Assembly (NCBI GenBank): GCA_026396015.1
Contig: JAPLXP010000003.1
Coordinates: forward strand, 26,626-90,625
DNA: 64,000 nt
Reading direction: 5' to 3'
DNA from: Candidatus Nomurabacteria bacterium
GTDB taxonomy: Bacteria; Patescibacteriota; Minisyncoccia; Phycocordibacterales; UBA9973
Numbering within the stretch: position 1 is the stretch's first letter; every line of letters starts with the position of its first letter. Shown here piece by piece: positions 8,901 to 18,355 of this stretch. The notes under the pieces were generated by a model. That model worked only from the letters and a program-made list of their open reading frames with translations. It did not search any database and had not been told where the DNA came from. The position numbers and the translations under genes were made by a program.

Positions 8901-10834
8901 TGGAAATTTTTTGAGAGACCATGTAGTACCTTCATAAAAATATTTTTATTTGCATAAGATGCAGCAACACGATCTTTTGTTAACTCTTCCATCTTTCGAG
9001 CATTTCTTTGGTTTATCTCCTCTAATACTAGAAGTTGCTCTCCAGTAGAAAGCTTTACGAATCCAGGTACATTTTCAAGGTCAGAAACTTTTAAACCACT
9101 AGAACCAAGATTTTTTGCCCATAGGGGTGACTTGTTTGCAGTGTCTAGCTTTAGTTTTTCTATGATATCAACCTTAACAGCCTCTACCTTTGCAGCTTTC
9201 GTTGCTTCTTTATCATCAAATCCACCATAATTTACAATCGCACTTTCTTTTTCTTCTTCTGCGTGAAATCCTCCAGTCGCCTCTATTACTTTTGCTCCAC
9301 TTCCTATTTCTGATTCATTTAAATCTTCAATTTTTGAAATATGCTCTGCACCTTTTTTGTGCTTTTTCTTCATGTCTTCAAGCTCTTGTGCTCTTTCGTA
9401 ATCTCCTGATTCTTGTGCTTTTTTTGATTCAGCATCTAGTCTTGCTATTGAATCTTTGTCTGCACCTGTTTTCTTTTTATCTAAAGCCACTAATGCTCTA
9501 ATGTTTTTTTCAAATAATTCTGCCGCTTCATAATCTCCTGACGCTTGAGCTGCTGCAGATTTTGCACGCAGGGATTCTATTGTGTCCTTACCACCCAATT
9601 CATGTGTTTTATTATTTATTTTTTTAGGTATTTCCATGGTATTTAAATCTTTTTTAACATCTTCTGGTTCGACTTTAGCTTCTTCTTTTGTATCTAAATC
9701 TTCTTTAATAATTTTTTCTTCAGTCACTACGTCTTCTTTTTTATCTTCTTCTGGTGTTTTTTTTGTTTCTTTTGCTTTCCTTTCTTTTTTTATTATTTCG
9801 TATTTATTTTTAAAGAGAAGTTCTTCCATCTTTTCCCTGTCTATGTTTACTGGTATATCTGCACCCTCTTCTTTGAATTTGATAGTCTTTTTTGTAGCGT
9901 TCAGTATTTCATATTTTTTACCATTCACCAGTACTGTATCTCCCTTTGATAAAAAAATATATTTTTCAGTTTTTCTGTAATCCTCGATCATTTTGATTAA
10001 GGTTTCTCTATTTATTGGTACTTCTTTACCTTCCCCTTTCAAGAATACCCTGTGTCTTGTTTCTCCATTTTTATTTGTCCAAGGTTTTACTGCTGTTACT
10101 ACGAATGTCTTTTCTGGCGGTATTATTTTAAGATAATTATTTATTTTCCTTACCAGACCTTCGCTTTCCATAACTGCCCCTTTTTTAATTTCAATGGAAT
10201 TGTTTGGTTTTTCAGCTTCTTTTGTTTCAGCTGGTTTTTCAGCTTCTTTTGTTTCAGCTGGTGTTTCTTCTGTTTTTTCTTCTTTGTATTCCATTTTAAT
10301 ATTGGGCGGTATTGTTATTGAGTCTATTGTTGGGTGGTGCTCTTTTTTATCTTCTTCTTGTTGCCTCTTTAATCTTTCTTGTGATTCTATCTGCCTTTTC
10401 TTTTTCTCTGCTTTTTTGTTCTCTCTATCTAATTCTTCTTGCTCATTTTTTAGATCATTTTGTTCTTTTATTTTATTTACTAGTTCTTGTCCTTCTTCGC
10501 GTACTTTTATCTTTTCCTCATCTAGTTTTTCTTTGTACATTTCTGCTGCTGTTAGGATGTCTGATATGGTCACTGTGTATGCCTTTTTTTCATCTGATTC
10601 ATTGGATGTACGCATTTTATCTTCAAGCATTTTTTTTGCCCTTTCAGGTTCTCCAGATAGGGCCATTTTTATGGCACCTTCAAAAAAACGATAAAAACCA
10701 AGTGTGATAGTACCCGTTCCTTCTTTTGTTGATTCTAAGTATTTTATTGTTTCTTGAATTTTTTGATCAAGTAGTTTTTTTTCTTGCTCTATTGTATTTT
10801 TGTGTACCACTACTTGTTCTGGAGTCTTTTCCAT
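5954..10834 (-). CDS. Giant (1626 aa) hypothetical protein: charged coiled-coil N-terminus, two UVR-like helical repeats, Gly-rich hydrophobic helices, C-terminal domain
   Basis: Uninterrupted ORF; E/K-rich; PAETKEAEK x2; GxxxG-rich segments AGGGVIGMAI and GAAIGLAGAVAG. Confidence 0.85.
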   Translation of the reverse strand: MEKTPEQVVVHKNTIEQEKKLLDQKIQETIKYLESTKEGTGTITLGFYRFFEGAIKMALSGEPERAKKMLEDKMRTSNESDEKKAYTVTISDILTAAEMYKEKLDEEKIKVREEGQELVNKIKEQNDLKNEQEELDRENKKAEKKKRQIESQERLKRQQEEDKKEHHPTIDSITIPPNIKMEYKEEKTEETPAETKEAEKPAETKEAEKPNNSIEIKKGAVMESEGLVRKINNYLKIIPPEKTFVVTAVKPWTNKNGETRHRVFLKGEGKEVPINRETLIKMIEDYRKTEKYIFLSKGDTVLVNGKKYEILNATKKTIKFKEEGADIPVNIDREKMEELLFKNKYEIIKKERKAKETKKTPEEDKKEDVVTEEKIIKEDLDTKEEAKVEPEDVKKDLNTMEIPKKINNKTHELGGKDTIESLRAKSAAAQASGDYEAAELFEKNIRALVALDKKKTGADKDSIARLDAESKKAQESGDYERAQELEDMKKKHKKGAEHISKIEDLNESEIGSGAKVIEATGGFHAEEEKESAIVNYGGFDDKEATKAAKVEAVKVDIIEKLKLDTANKSPLWAKNLGSSGLKVSDLENVPGFVKLSTGEQLLVLEEINQRNARKMEELTKDRVAASYANKNIFMKVLHGLSKNFQKASAEKTIAGQIRNGEHSVDIETIGQISARIKELNLTVNEQTGEVVFLKAPEGMSTRAEAEQIRAYNEIANRYMKMPTDWQHEKTANKNGLNPFKSNEYKEFQKIDSAYNAIRNNLISSMENHYLSQGNGAKEARLMALDAIRKSELGFDYLNYTRKYPEAAALLENSATQKAYKKLLTGDLTTFAGGGVIGMAIKSTVGAYGGGAIWGGIRGFFTGKKSIKDDYKGDQVSMTRLEAKNAGLKNSESKVDRFINADDQIKKISFLVEELNKEGKTPEQKEVLAQRIKSRLDYINNKEYKGFINYGKKDDIAKNFELNKAIATGTAALLVYKNGEPMMKGIEDLYSYKTGKKDKDGNDITENGLNRIKRFDNYQESIYEDKRTARVMGAVVRGAAIGLAGAVAGQYYQRWLHGGVTPTPSPTPETLPIPDAGHGLDVTIDRGQGMIHFAGQLKHAVAEKWGSDMSNAPESVKHIMNTSNADLAKEFGGFKPGQIDESAMLHKGANFHMDDQGNLTFKDPVTGESDVFEWGKDISKGADYHGKMFDYKGSNINGAPHGISNNINSQKNIFDNGQVPTQLGGGGSIELNSISDIQKYGITPGQFSLFQKIALENHIIDKPLVMPDGHLDQVQLLKVQDYAIKNHFIETPILHTSGNTVIESATAGADSFRGFNSIEKIHEIQNIQLADLKNQLGEKNYTELIKDLKEKGILYESDGKTLRAISTGTSPDLEHIQYARDMANSNASKEIFQQTGLNKLSLENSADTYDKSFKLEDGTYSNIIVRETHNINGHEVGEITSQPHTGPDPVQLKSAGGGNKVAEVITENKAKVAAENIPTENKIHSGFNYASKAFPMDEKVAGISREQFDKVALSEIKSEMNLDPDTKLIETPEIGHRLWMYENFGKISQSSEGQNSWDMESPDVNLGRIKDLSNFMFKHPNDSITLAIKKLGSRVMEATGRKEYEMPKMDGISAEQYTKNLIEELYK
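10207..10262. repeat. 27-bp tandem duplication encoding PAETKEAEK x2
   Basis: ggtttttcagcttcttttgtttcagct repeated twice in tandem. Confidence 0.85.
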
Positions 10835-11034
10835 ACTTAAATTATACCACTATTTATATAGCCTATCAAAGTTTTATCTGTATTTTTTATTTTTCTAAAA
10901 TAGGGTGAATTTTGCCATCTGTGCATAACTATGGTTGACGAGCACCCCACCCTGGGGTACCATATATAGATAAGGGGTTCGCCTCTTTAGATACTGGAAA
11001 GTGGATAAATACCAGACGATGACAGCCAGACCGA

Positions 11035-12288
11035 ATGACCACATTTCTTATGCAATCATTTTTCTCTAAAAAGGAGACTTTGAGCAGTAAACTCTCAGAC
11101 ACGAAAGCCAATTCTCCAAAAATAGCCTTATTTTATAAAGCCTCTGTGGTAGGGGTGACTTTTTTGACTGTGACTACAATAGGAGCATTTATGTATCCTC
11201 ATACAGTATCTGCAAGTTTCTTTGGTGATATTTTAGACAATATTGTAGGCAATACTACCCAAGCTGTGCCCATCCTAGTAAACCCAAATAATTCGCAAAC
11301 AGTCCCTCTTCTTGAATCAAATCTAACTCCAGAACTAAAGAATACAGTTACAGATTTAAGTCAAGGGACTGTAGGTGAGCAGGCAATAGAGACTATTGAA
11401 GGTGCAAATACTGGCCGAGATATTGAAAAATATGCAACTTCTGCTGCTATTCGTAAATATGTAGTCAAAAAAGGTGATTCTATAGATAGTATTGCTCGCA
11501 AATTGAAGGTTTCAAAGGATACTATCGCCTACGCTTCAGATTTGGATAAGGGTGAGTCTCTAAAGGTTGGCCAAATATTGGCTGTTATTCCTGTGGATGT
11601 GCCAGTAGAAAAGACTGATAAGGCAGAAAAAGTAGATAAGGTAGAAAAAACAAAACAAATTGCTGATAAAAACGACAAAAAGAAGGAAACTGCTGTAGTT
11701 GTATCAGAAAAATCAAAGAAAATTGTCGCAGTTGCACCTGTAGTAGACGATGAACCTGAAAAGCCTGTAGTCGTACCGACTACTCCGGCACCTATAGCTA
11801 CTCCTGCTATCGATGTGAATAATACAGACTCAACTGTAAATAATCAGCCAGTTGAGCAGACTACTCCGACAGGACAGCCAAAAGGTACTATCTCAAATGG
11901 TTATATATGGCCATTTCCAGCTGGTGTAGGACGTATCTCTCAGGGTAAACATGCAGATAATGCTCGGGATTTTGCGGCACCAAAGGGTACACCTGTATAT
12001 GCAGTCCATGATGGTACTGTATTGATCGCTCATCCAACTGGATATAATGGAGGATATGGATTATACGTGGTTATCGACTTTACAGATGGACGCCAGGCAA
12101 TATTTGGCCATATGAGCAAGGTGTTGGTAGGGCCAGGTGATGTGGTAAAGCAGGGTGATGTTATTGGTCTTGTTGGTTCTACTGGTCATTCTACTGGTCC
12201 ACACTGTCATATTGGTTGGCATGGTACAGGTGGTGATCCTTATGATGGATTAAAAGTTAATGCGACAGATTTTATTTCAAATGACTAA
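11035..12288 (+). CDS. LysM-domain M23-family metallopeptidase
   Basis: TM helix, LysM YVVKKGDSIDSIA, M23 motifs HxxxxD-FAAPKGTPV, GYG, GHSTGPHCH. Confidence 0.92.
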   Translation: MTTFLMQSFFSKKETLSSKLSDTKANSPKIALFYKASVVGVTFLTVTTIGAFMYPHTVSASFFGDILDNIVGNTTQAVPILVNPNNSQTVPLLESNLTPELKNTVTDLSQGTVGEQAIETIEGANTGRDIEKYATSAAIRKYVVKKGDSIDSIARKLKVSKDTIAYASDLDKGESLKVGQILAVIPVDVPVEKTDKAEKVDKVEKTKQIADKNDKKKETAVVVSEKSKKIVAVAPVVDDEPEKPVVVPTTPAPIATPAIDVNNTDSTVNNQPVEQTTPTGQPKGTISNGYIWPFPAGVGRISQGKHADNARDFAAPKGTPVYAVHDGTVLIAHPTGYNGGYGLYVVIDFTDGRQAIFGHMSKVLVGPGDVVKQGDVIGLVGSTGHSTGPHCHIGWHGTGGDPYDGLKVNATDFISND

Positions 12289-12562
12289 AAAAATTATTTC
12301 AATCTTTATACTTTGTTCATTTATCCTTGGATATAGTCCGATGCTGGCTTCTGCTGCAAAGACTACTAAAAAAGTGACAGTAGTAAAGAAAAAGAAAAAA
12401 GCTAGAAAAGAGAAGCTCACTCTTAACCCACCATTATTTACACTAGAGACAGCTCCCCATTCCCCAAGGCCTATCGCTCGCGGTAAAAGGAAGTCAACTA
12501 AAAAAGTAGCAATCAAAAAACCAGGTACACCCTCAAAAGTAGTAGCTACAAAGAAAAAATAA
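12281..12562 (+). CDS. Small Lys-rich secreted hypothetical protein
   Basis: MTKKIISIFILCSFILGYSPMLASA signal peptide; ATG overlaps the end of the upstream gene. Confidence 0.6.
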   Translation: MTKKIISIFILCSFILGYSPMLASAAKTTKKVTVVKKKKKARKEKLTLNPPLFTLETAPHSPRPIARGKRKSTKKVAIKKPGTPSKVVATKKK

Positions 12563-12808
12563 CACTTGAATAATCAAGTGTTATTTTTTTATTGGTTTTT
12601 CTCTTTTTCTCTTTTTCTGTTTTTCTTTAGTTTTCCACCATGCTTTTTACTCATATATAGTAAAAATAAAAAAATAACGATGAAAATACAAAAGAGTATA
12701 AGCCAATCTTTGATGTCTGTGCTCTTTTGCATAGTAGATTTATTTATTCACAGTATATATCTTTTTGACTGGATGTGAAACAAATTAAAATCACTCAATT
12801 GGGTGATT

Positions 12809-14380
12809 TTAATTTTGAGTGCGGGGGCGGTATTGGAGGGCTTCGAGGATATGAGGAGTGGTGATGCGCTCACTACTCTCTAGATCTGCGATTGTGCGGG
12901 CAAGTTTGATCACACGGTGATATGCACGGGCTGAGAGTTGGAGGCGCTCTGCGCTACTATGTAGTATCTCCCTCACTTCGGGTGATAGAGGTGCAAAGGT
13001 GTTCAATTCTTTTACATTCATCTCACTATTTGTTTTTATATTTCTCGTAGTGCTTTTGAATCTCATTTCCTGAATGTTACGGGCGCGAGCTACACGCTCC
13101 TTGATGGTCTGTGTACGATCACCCTCCACACCCTCACTTGCAAGCTTGTCGTAATCTACCGATGATACATTCACCCAGATGTCGATACGGTCGAGGATCG
13201 GTCCTGAAAGTTTTCTGTTGTATCTATCCAGGTCCATTGGTTTGCAAATACAAATTTTTTTCTTGTCACCACGATTGCCACATGGGCATGGATTCATCGC
13301 AGCTACGAGAATAAAATTTGAAGGAAAAATTGCAGAGCCTCGTGCACGAGAGATGGATACGATATTATCTTCGAGTGGCTGACGGAGTGACTCGAGAACT
13401 TTTTTTTCAAATTCTGGGAACTCATCTAAAAATAAAACTCCTTTGTGTGCGAGAGTGACCTCACCTGGTTTTGGATTTGCTCCACCTCCGATCATCGATA
13501 CGTAGCTCGCAGTATGATGTGGTGCACGGAATGGTGAATCAGTCACGAGTGCTCCATCGAGTAATCCGACAACAGAATGTATTCCAGTAATTTCCAAAAT
13601 ATCTTCCTTGGATAATTCTGGTAGGATGTGAGAGAAGACTCGTGCGAGCATCGTCTTGCCTGTACCAGGTGATCCACTCATCGCAATGTTGTGTCCACCG
13701 GCAGCTGCGATTTCCAGTCCTCTTTTTGCACCCTCTTGGCCACGGATGTCAGAAAAATCTATTGTATGTTTTTTATTTTCAAAAATTATTTTTGTCTCGG
13801 GTGTAGGTGTGATTTTATTTTTCTCTGGCTCTAATAAATTTCCTTTTTTATCACGTCGCGGGGTAGATAGATGGTCAATGACTTCGCGGAGATTTCTCGC
13901 TCCAAATATTTTTATCCCCGACACTAGTGCAGCTTCACTCGCATTCCCGACCGGTAAAAATATTTCTTTATAGCCTCTTTTCTTCGCCTCCTCAGCCAGT
14001 GGTAGTGCACCTTTAATATTTTGTAGTTCACCGTTGAGTGAAAGCTCTCCTAAAAATATTTTTTCCTCAGGGTCAAAATCTATCTCACCTGCTGATAGTA
14101 AATATGCTAGCGCGATACCGAGATCAAAGTACGGCCCCTCCTTTTTCAAATCTGCTGGAGAGAGTGAGATGACTATTTTTTGATTTTGATTTTTTGGGGA
14201 ATTGAATCCCGAATTTTTTAGAGCTGAACTCATGCGGTCCTTGGATTCATCGACTGCCTTGTCTGGTAATCCGACAAGAGTAAAAGCATGGAGTGTACCC
14301 TTTGTGATGTCCACTTCGATAGTTACTACTTTGCCTGAAAGTATTTGTGTCTGCGCAGAATATATTCGCGAGAATGACAT
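12809..14380 (-). CDS. comM: YifB/ComM family Mg-chelatase-like AAA+ ATPase
   Basis: VGLPDKAV, GSPGTGKTMLA, PFRAPHHT, LFLDEFPEF, AMNPCPCG, SGPILDRID. Confidence 0.95.
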   Translation of the reverse strand: MSFSRIYSAQTQILSGKVVTIEVDITKGTLHAFTLVGLPDKAVDESKDRMSSALKNSGFNSPKNQNQKIVISLSPADLKKEGPYFDLGIALAYLLSAGEIDFDPEEKIFLGELSLNGELQNIKGALPLAEEAKKRGYKEIFLPVGNASEAALVSGIKIFGARNLREVIDHLSTPRRDKKGNLLEPEKNKITPTPETKIIFENKKHTIDFSDIRGQEGAKRGLEIAAAGGHNIAMSGSPGTGKTMLARVFSHILPELSKEDILEITGIHSVVGLLDGALVTDSPFRAPHHTASYVSMIGGGANPKPGEVTLAHKGVLFLDEFPEFEKKVLESLRQPLEDNIVSISRARGSAIFPSNFILVAAMNPCPCGNRGDKKKICICKPMDLDRYNRKLSGPILDRIDIWVNVSSVDYDKLASEGVEGDRTQTIKERVARARNIQEMRFKSTTRNIKTNSEMNVKELNTFAPLSPEVREILHSSAERLQLSARAYHRVIKLARTIADLESSERITTPHILEALQYRPRTQN

Positions 14381-14403
14381 AGGTTCATTATAATATGAAT
14401 TTT

Positions 14404-14552
14404 AAATTATTTAAATAGCTTCTCTCAAAAAGCATGAATATTTTTTTGGTAAAAAATTTCTCTGCTCGTCGATCAAGAAAATAATATTCGTAAACTCATT
14501 TATTTTCTAATCTCCTGTGCAAGACTTTTTTCAAGAACTATTTAAATAATTT
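14404..14552 (-). ncRNA. Structured leader element, family copy 1 (upstream of comM)
   Basis: Long terminal inverted repeat with two inner hairpins; 58-bp core identical to 15878-16014. Confidence 0.65.
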
Positions 14553-14560
14553 TTACCAAT

Positions 14561-14588
14561 AAAAAAATCCGCAATTGCGGATTTTTTT
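14561..14588. terminator. Intrinsic terminator after the dksA-like gene
   Basis: aaaaaaatccgcaattgcggattttttt. Confidence 0.75.
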
Positions 14589-14589
14589 A

Positions 14590-14931
14590 TTACATACAAT
14601 TTTTACAAGTCAGTGCAGATGGGTTTGCTTCGATGCGGTCTTCTTCAATCTTACCTCCGCATGTATCGCATACTCCATAAGTCCCCTCCTCTATTTTTAG
14701 TAATGCTTTGATGGTTGTGTTTAGTTTTTTTACGAGCACATTGATGAGTGAAGATTTTTCTTCGTAGTCTTCACTGCGGTCATCCATGTCACTCTCGTCA
14801 GCTTCAGTAGCACCTGAATCATCACTGACTGCTTGCCATTCACCAGTCTCTGAATTCTTTTTACCCAAGCCAGAGAGCTCTTCTTCTAATAACAATTTCT
14901 CTGTTTCAAGTTGTAGTTTATATTTTTCCAT
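14590..14931 (-). CDS. TraR/DksA C4-type zinc finger protein
   Basis: Acidic coiled-coil tip DESD; GTYGVCDTCG...RIEANPSALTCKNC. Confidence 0.9.
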   Translation of the reverse strand: MEKYKLQLETEKLLLEEELSGLGKKNSETGEWQAVSDDSGATEADESDMDDRSEDYEEKSSLINVLVKKLNTTIKALLKIEEGTYGVCDTCGGKIEEDRIEANPSALTCKNCM

Positions 14932-14967
14932 AAATAAATTTTAACACTTTAACCTAAAACCACAAGG

Positions 14968-15852
14968 CTACAAGGGTTTTATGTTTTGTGTAACTAGCCT
15001 TACTAATATTTCACGAATAGAATCTTGGTCATCTGTTATTACTAATTTATCTTTACCTAAGAACATATAAGTGAGTAATTCTTTTCCATTTTCATCTCTC
15101 AGTACTCTGGAATCTTTGTTTTCAATGATCTTGTCTGACCAGGGTGTTTCAAAGATGCTCTGCGAGCCTATTGAAACGTCTGTTTGGAATAGTGTAAACA
15201 TGTCGGAAAGGATATTGGATTCCCATGAAAGCATTCCTGCGAATGATTGATTGTAGTCATTTGTCTTCAATATTATAAACAAATGATTCTTTGCATTGTT
15301 GTTGTAAACACCAATCATGAAACTATTGTCCAAGGATCTAGATAATGCACCGGGCATATTTACTCCGAGTAGATTCAAGAATGTCGGAGTGTCCATAATC
15401 TGTGATACACCGTTGACTGTAGTGATTGGAATTATTGATGCAATTTTATTATTTTTAACTTCACCCTTGCTCGCATTTATTATCGCAGTGGCCATATCAT
15501 TTTTGTTCGTGATCGCGGTGACATCTAATAGTGTTTGACTGTCTCCGTGAACTAGAGTTTCTATTTGAATTTTTGGTTGAGATACTTGCGAAGCTTCTTT
15601 ACCTTTTTGAATCAAAAATATTGTTCCCCATATCGCAAGAGCTACCAAAAATATTCCACCTATAACATAAAATATATTCATCGAGAATGCTTTCTTTGTC
15701 TCTACTACAATCTCCTCATTCTCACGTCTTGCCTTTTCTGCGAGAGCGATCTTGATGACAGTCCCCTCCTGCTCTCGAACAGCATCAGCCATGTCTGATT
15801 CGTAGGTGTGCAGTTGTCTTATTTTTTGATTTGCAATATTTTGTTCGTCCAT
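14968..15852 (-). CDS. Single-TM hypothetical protein
   Basis: 294 aa; N-terminal LHTYESD..AV motif, TM helix at ~60-82, extracytoplasmic domain. Confidence 0.8.
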   Translation of the reverse strand: MDEQNIANQKIRQLHTYESDMADAVREQEGTVIKIALAEKARRENEEIVVETKKAFSMNIFYVIGGIFLVALAIWGTIFLIQKGKEASQVSQPKIQIETLVHGDSQTLLDVTAITNKNDMATAIINASKGEVKNNKIASIIPITTVNGVSQIMDTPTFLNLLGVNMPGALSRSLDNSFMIGVYNNNAKNHLFIILKTNDYNQSFAGMLSWESNILSDMFTLFQTDVSIGSQSIFETPWSDKIIENKDSRVLRDENGKELLTYMFLGKDKLVITDDQDSIREILVRLVTQNIKPL

Positions 15853-15877
15853 ATTTTTTAAATAATTTAAATCTTAC

Positions 15878-16014
15878 ATAAAATAGCTTCTCTTGAAAAG
15901 CACACATAATTCTCTGGTGAGAATTTGCTCTGCTCGTCGATCAAGAAAATAATATTCGTAAACTCATTTATTTTCTAATCTCCTGCGCAAGACTTTTCTC
16001 GAGAACTATTTTAT
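15878..16014 (-). ncRNA. Structured leader element, family copy 2
   Basis: ataaaatagcttctc...gagaactattttat outer stem; near-identical to copy 1 with compensatory changes in the inner stem. Confidence 0.65.
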
Positions 16015-16020
16015 TACAGA

Positions 16021-18162
16021 TTACTTTATTTCTGTAGGAACTACTATTTTTGGTTTGAAGAAATCTTTGTTTGCTTCTTTGATTGAAAAGTTTAGTCTTC
16101 CCTTTTCATCTACCTTTATTATTTTTACTGGAACAGTGTCTCCTTCCTTAAGCATATCAGAAACTTTCTCTACACGGAATGGTGCGATCTCTGAGATGTG
16201 CACTAGACCTTCTGTACCAGATGCGATAGATACGAATGCTCCGAATTCCATGAGCTTGACTACAGTACCCGTAGCCTCTTCGCCTACTTTGTATTCGTGT
16301 GTCATGTCTGCGATTATCTTCTGAGCTTTTTCTGCGGCACCATTTTTACCTGTGACAAAGACTGTTCCATCTTCTTCAATTGTAATTTCTGCTCCAGTCT
16401 TTTCACGAATCATGTTTACATTTTTTCCTCCTGGGCCGATGACCATACCGATCTGATCTTTATTTATTTTTACTGTCAAAATCTTTGGAGCGTTCACAGA
16501 AATGTCTGCGCGGTTTGTAGAAATTTCTTTTGTGATTGTCTCTAGTATTTGTAGTCGAGCAGCTTTTGCACGAGTGAGTGCGTCCTTCAAAATAAATACG
16601 CTGATGCCTCCGACTTTGATATCGAGTTGGATAGCAGTGATACCATTCACAGTTCCTCCTACTTTGAAGTCCATGTCTCCGTAGTGATCCTCTGGTCCTT
16701 GGATGTCAGAGATGAGTGCGTACTTTGTGTTGTCTTTTTCATCGATCATAACCCCGATTGAAATTCCTGCTACTGGAGTCTTGATCGGTACTCCCCCATC
16801 CATCAACGCAATTGTCGATGCACAAATACTTGCTTGCGAAGTTGATCCATTTGAAGCTGTAGATTCAGATACTACACGAATAGTGTAAGGGAAAATTTCT
16901 TTTGCTGGAATAACTGGGATCAATGCTTTTTCTGCTAGGAATCCATGACCCATCTCTCGGCGATTGATACCACCTACGCGACCTGTCTCTCCTGCTGAGT
17001 ATGGAGGGAAGTTGTAGTGATGCATAAATCTTTTCTTTGCTGAAAATTCTATTCCATCGATTGTGAACATACTCTCTGGTCCAGCTAGTGTGAGCACTGA
17101 TAGTACGTGAGTCTCTCCTCGGTAGAATATTCCAGAGCCATGTAGGACTTCTGATATTCCTCCAGCCTTGGCATACAGACTACGAACTTCATCGAGCTTT
17201 CTTAGATCTGGACGCTTTGATTCTAGTAGTGCCGCATCGTGAATAACCTTGTTGATATATTCCTCGATGTAATCTTCTGCTACGAATTTTGTCTCAGGCA
17301 TGTCTGCATATTTCTCATCTACTATTCCCTTCCAGATGTGCCATGCATCATCGAGAACTTTTTTACTATTTGGTCCGAATGCACCTTCGTCTAAGATTGG
17401 TTTTATTTTTTCTGCGAATAGTTCTGATAGCTCTGCTGGAGTCTCCGGCTTTGGGAATGAAAGTTTTGTTTTACCAAATTCTGCTACGAGCATCTTTTGG
17501 AAATTTTCCCATTTTTCAATCTCGGCAACTGCACGATCAAAACCTTCACCGATTACTTCTTCAGATAGTTCGAATGCCATTGCTTCGATCATCGCGATGT
17601 TGCGATCCTTTCCACAGACCATCAGGTCGAGTGTGTATACTGGCTCGTCTGCTTGAGGGATGTAATTGTTGATTGCTATTGTAGGATCATCATTTGTCAT
17701 AGACATATGGACTGCACCGATTGGTCCGTGCCATGGGATGTCTGATGTACATAGTGCGATAGAGGCAGCATTGGTACCTAATGTCTTTGGGTCTGCCTTG
17801 CCTACTGCGATCACAGTCACGATCACTTGAACGGCATTTTTGATGTGGTGTTCAAACAATGGACGGATTGTACGGTCGATCACACGAGCGGCTAGAATCG
17901 CCTGCTCACTAGGACGGCCTTCACGACGAGTGAATTGAGATCCTAGTATTTTGCCTGCAGCGTAGAACTTTTCTAGATATTCTACTGTCAGGTTAAAGAA
18001 TCCTGGATTAGATTTACCATCACGACTGATAACTGCAGTAGCCATGACAACTGTACCCTCGCACTTGAGCATTACAGAGCCATTTGCCTGGTTTGCTAAA
18101 TCACTAAAAACCGCGACAACTTGCTTGCCGCCTATTTCTAAACTGTATTCTTTACTTTGCAT
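16021..18162 (-). CDS. pnp: Polyribonucleotide nucleotidyltransferase (PNPase)
   Basis: Two RNase PH domains (RREGRP, HHYNFPPYS, SNGSTS, DMDFKVGG), KH (VIGPGGK) and S1 (GLVHISE) domains. Confidence 0.98.
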   Translation of the reverse strand: MQSKEYSLEIGGKQVVAVFSDLANQANGSVMLKCEGTVVMATAVISRDGKSNPGFFNLTVEYLEKFYAAGKILGSQFTRREGRPSEQAILAARVIDRTIRPLFEHHIKNAVQVIVTVIAVGKADPKTLGTNAASIALCTSDIPWHGPIGAVHMSMTNDDPTIAINNYIPQADEPVYTLDLMVCGKDRNIAMIEAMAFELSEEVIGEGFDRAVAEIEKWENFQKMLVAEFGKTKLSFPKPETPAELSELFAEKIKPILDEGAFGPNSKKVLDDAWHIWKGIVDEKYADMPETKFVAEDYIEEYINKVIHDAALLESKRPDLRKLDEVRSLYAKAGGISEVLHGSGIFYRGETHVLSVLTLAGPESMFTIDGIEFSAKKRFMHHYNFPPYSAGETGRVGGINRREMGHGFLAEKALIPVIPAKEIFPYTIRVVSESTASNGSTSQASICASTIALMDGGVPIKTPVAGISIGVMIDEKDNTKYALISDIQGPEDHYGDMDFKVGGTVNGITAIQLDIKVGGISVFILKDALTRAKAARLQILETITKEISTNRADISVNAPKILTVKINKDQIGMVIGPGGKNVNMIREKTGAEITIEEDGTVFVTGKNGAAEKAQKIIADMTHEYKVGEEATGTVVKLMEFGAFVSIASGTEGLVHISEIAPFRVEKVSDMLKEGDTVPVKIIKVDEKGRLNFSIKEANKDFFKPKIVVPTEIK

Positions 18163-18170
18163 ACTATTTT

Positions 18171-18252
18171 GTTAAGTTTGCCTGCAGACTCTAGCTTTGA
18201 AATGGCCATTTTGCCCTTCAACTCTAATTGTCCGGAGGCAAACTCATTTAAC
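18171..18252 (-). promoter_or_regulatory. pnp 5' leader stem-loop
   Basis: gttaa-gtttgcct ... aggcaaac-tcat-ttaac long imperfect inverted repeat 9 nt before the ATG. Confidence 0.5.
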
Positions 18253-18304
18253 CTATTAATACTGTAATCTTACCAGAAAATAGCCTTTTTTCAAATGAAA
18301 AATA

Positions 18305-18350
18305 TAAATAAAATAGCCCCCGACCTACTGGTCGGGGGCTATTTTATTTA
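18305..18350. terminator. Intrinsic terminator after the NYN gene
   Basis: Perfect ~21-bp stem aaataaaatagcccccgacc/ggtcgggggctattttattt. Confidence 0.8.
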
Positions 18351-18355
18351 GTTAT

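Noticed and set aside
10900-11035. c-di-AMP or other riboswitch upstream of the LysM-M23 gene
   Set aside because: Small hairpins are present, but the ydaO consensus blocks could not be matched
12566-12778. 70-aa Phe-rich plus-strand ORF
   Set aside because: Starts at TTG inside a terminator and has low complexity; a short two-TM ORF on the minus strand is equally possible, and neither is supportable
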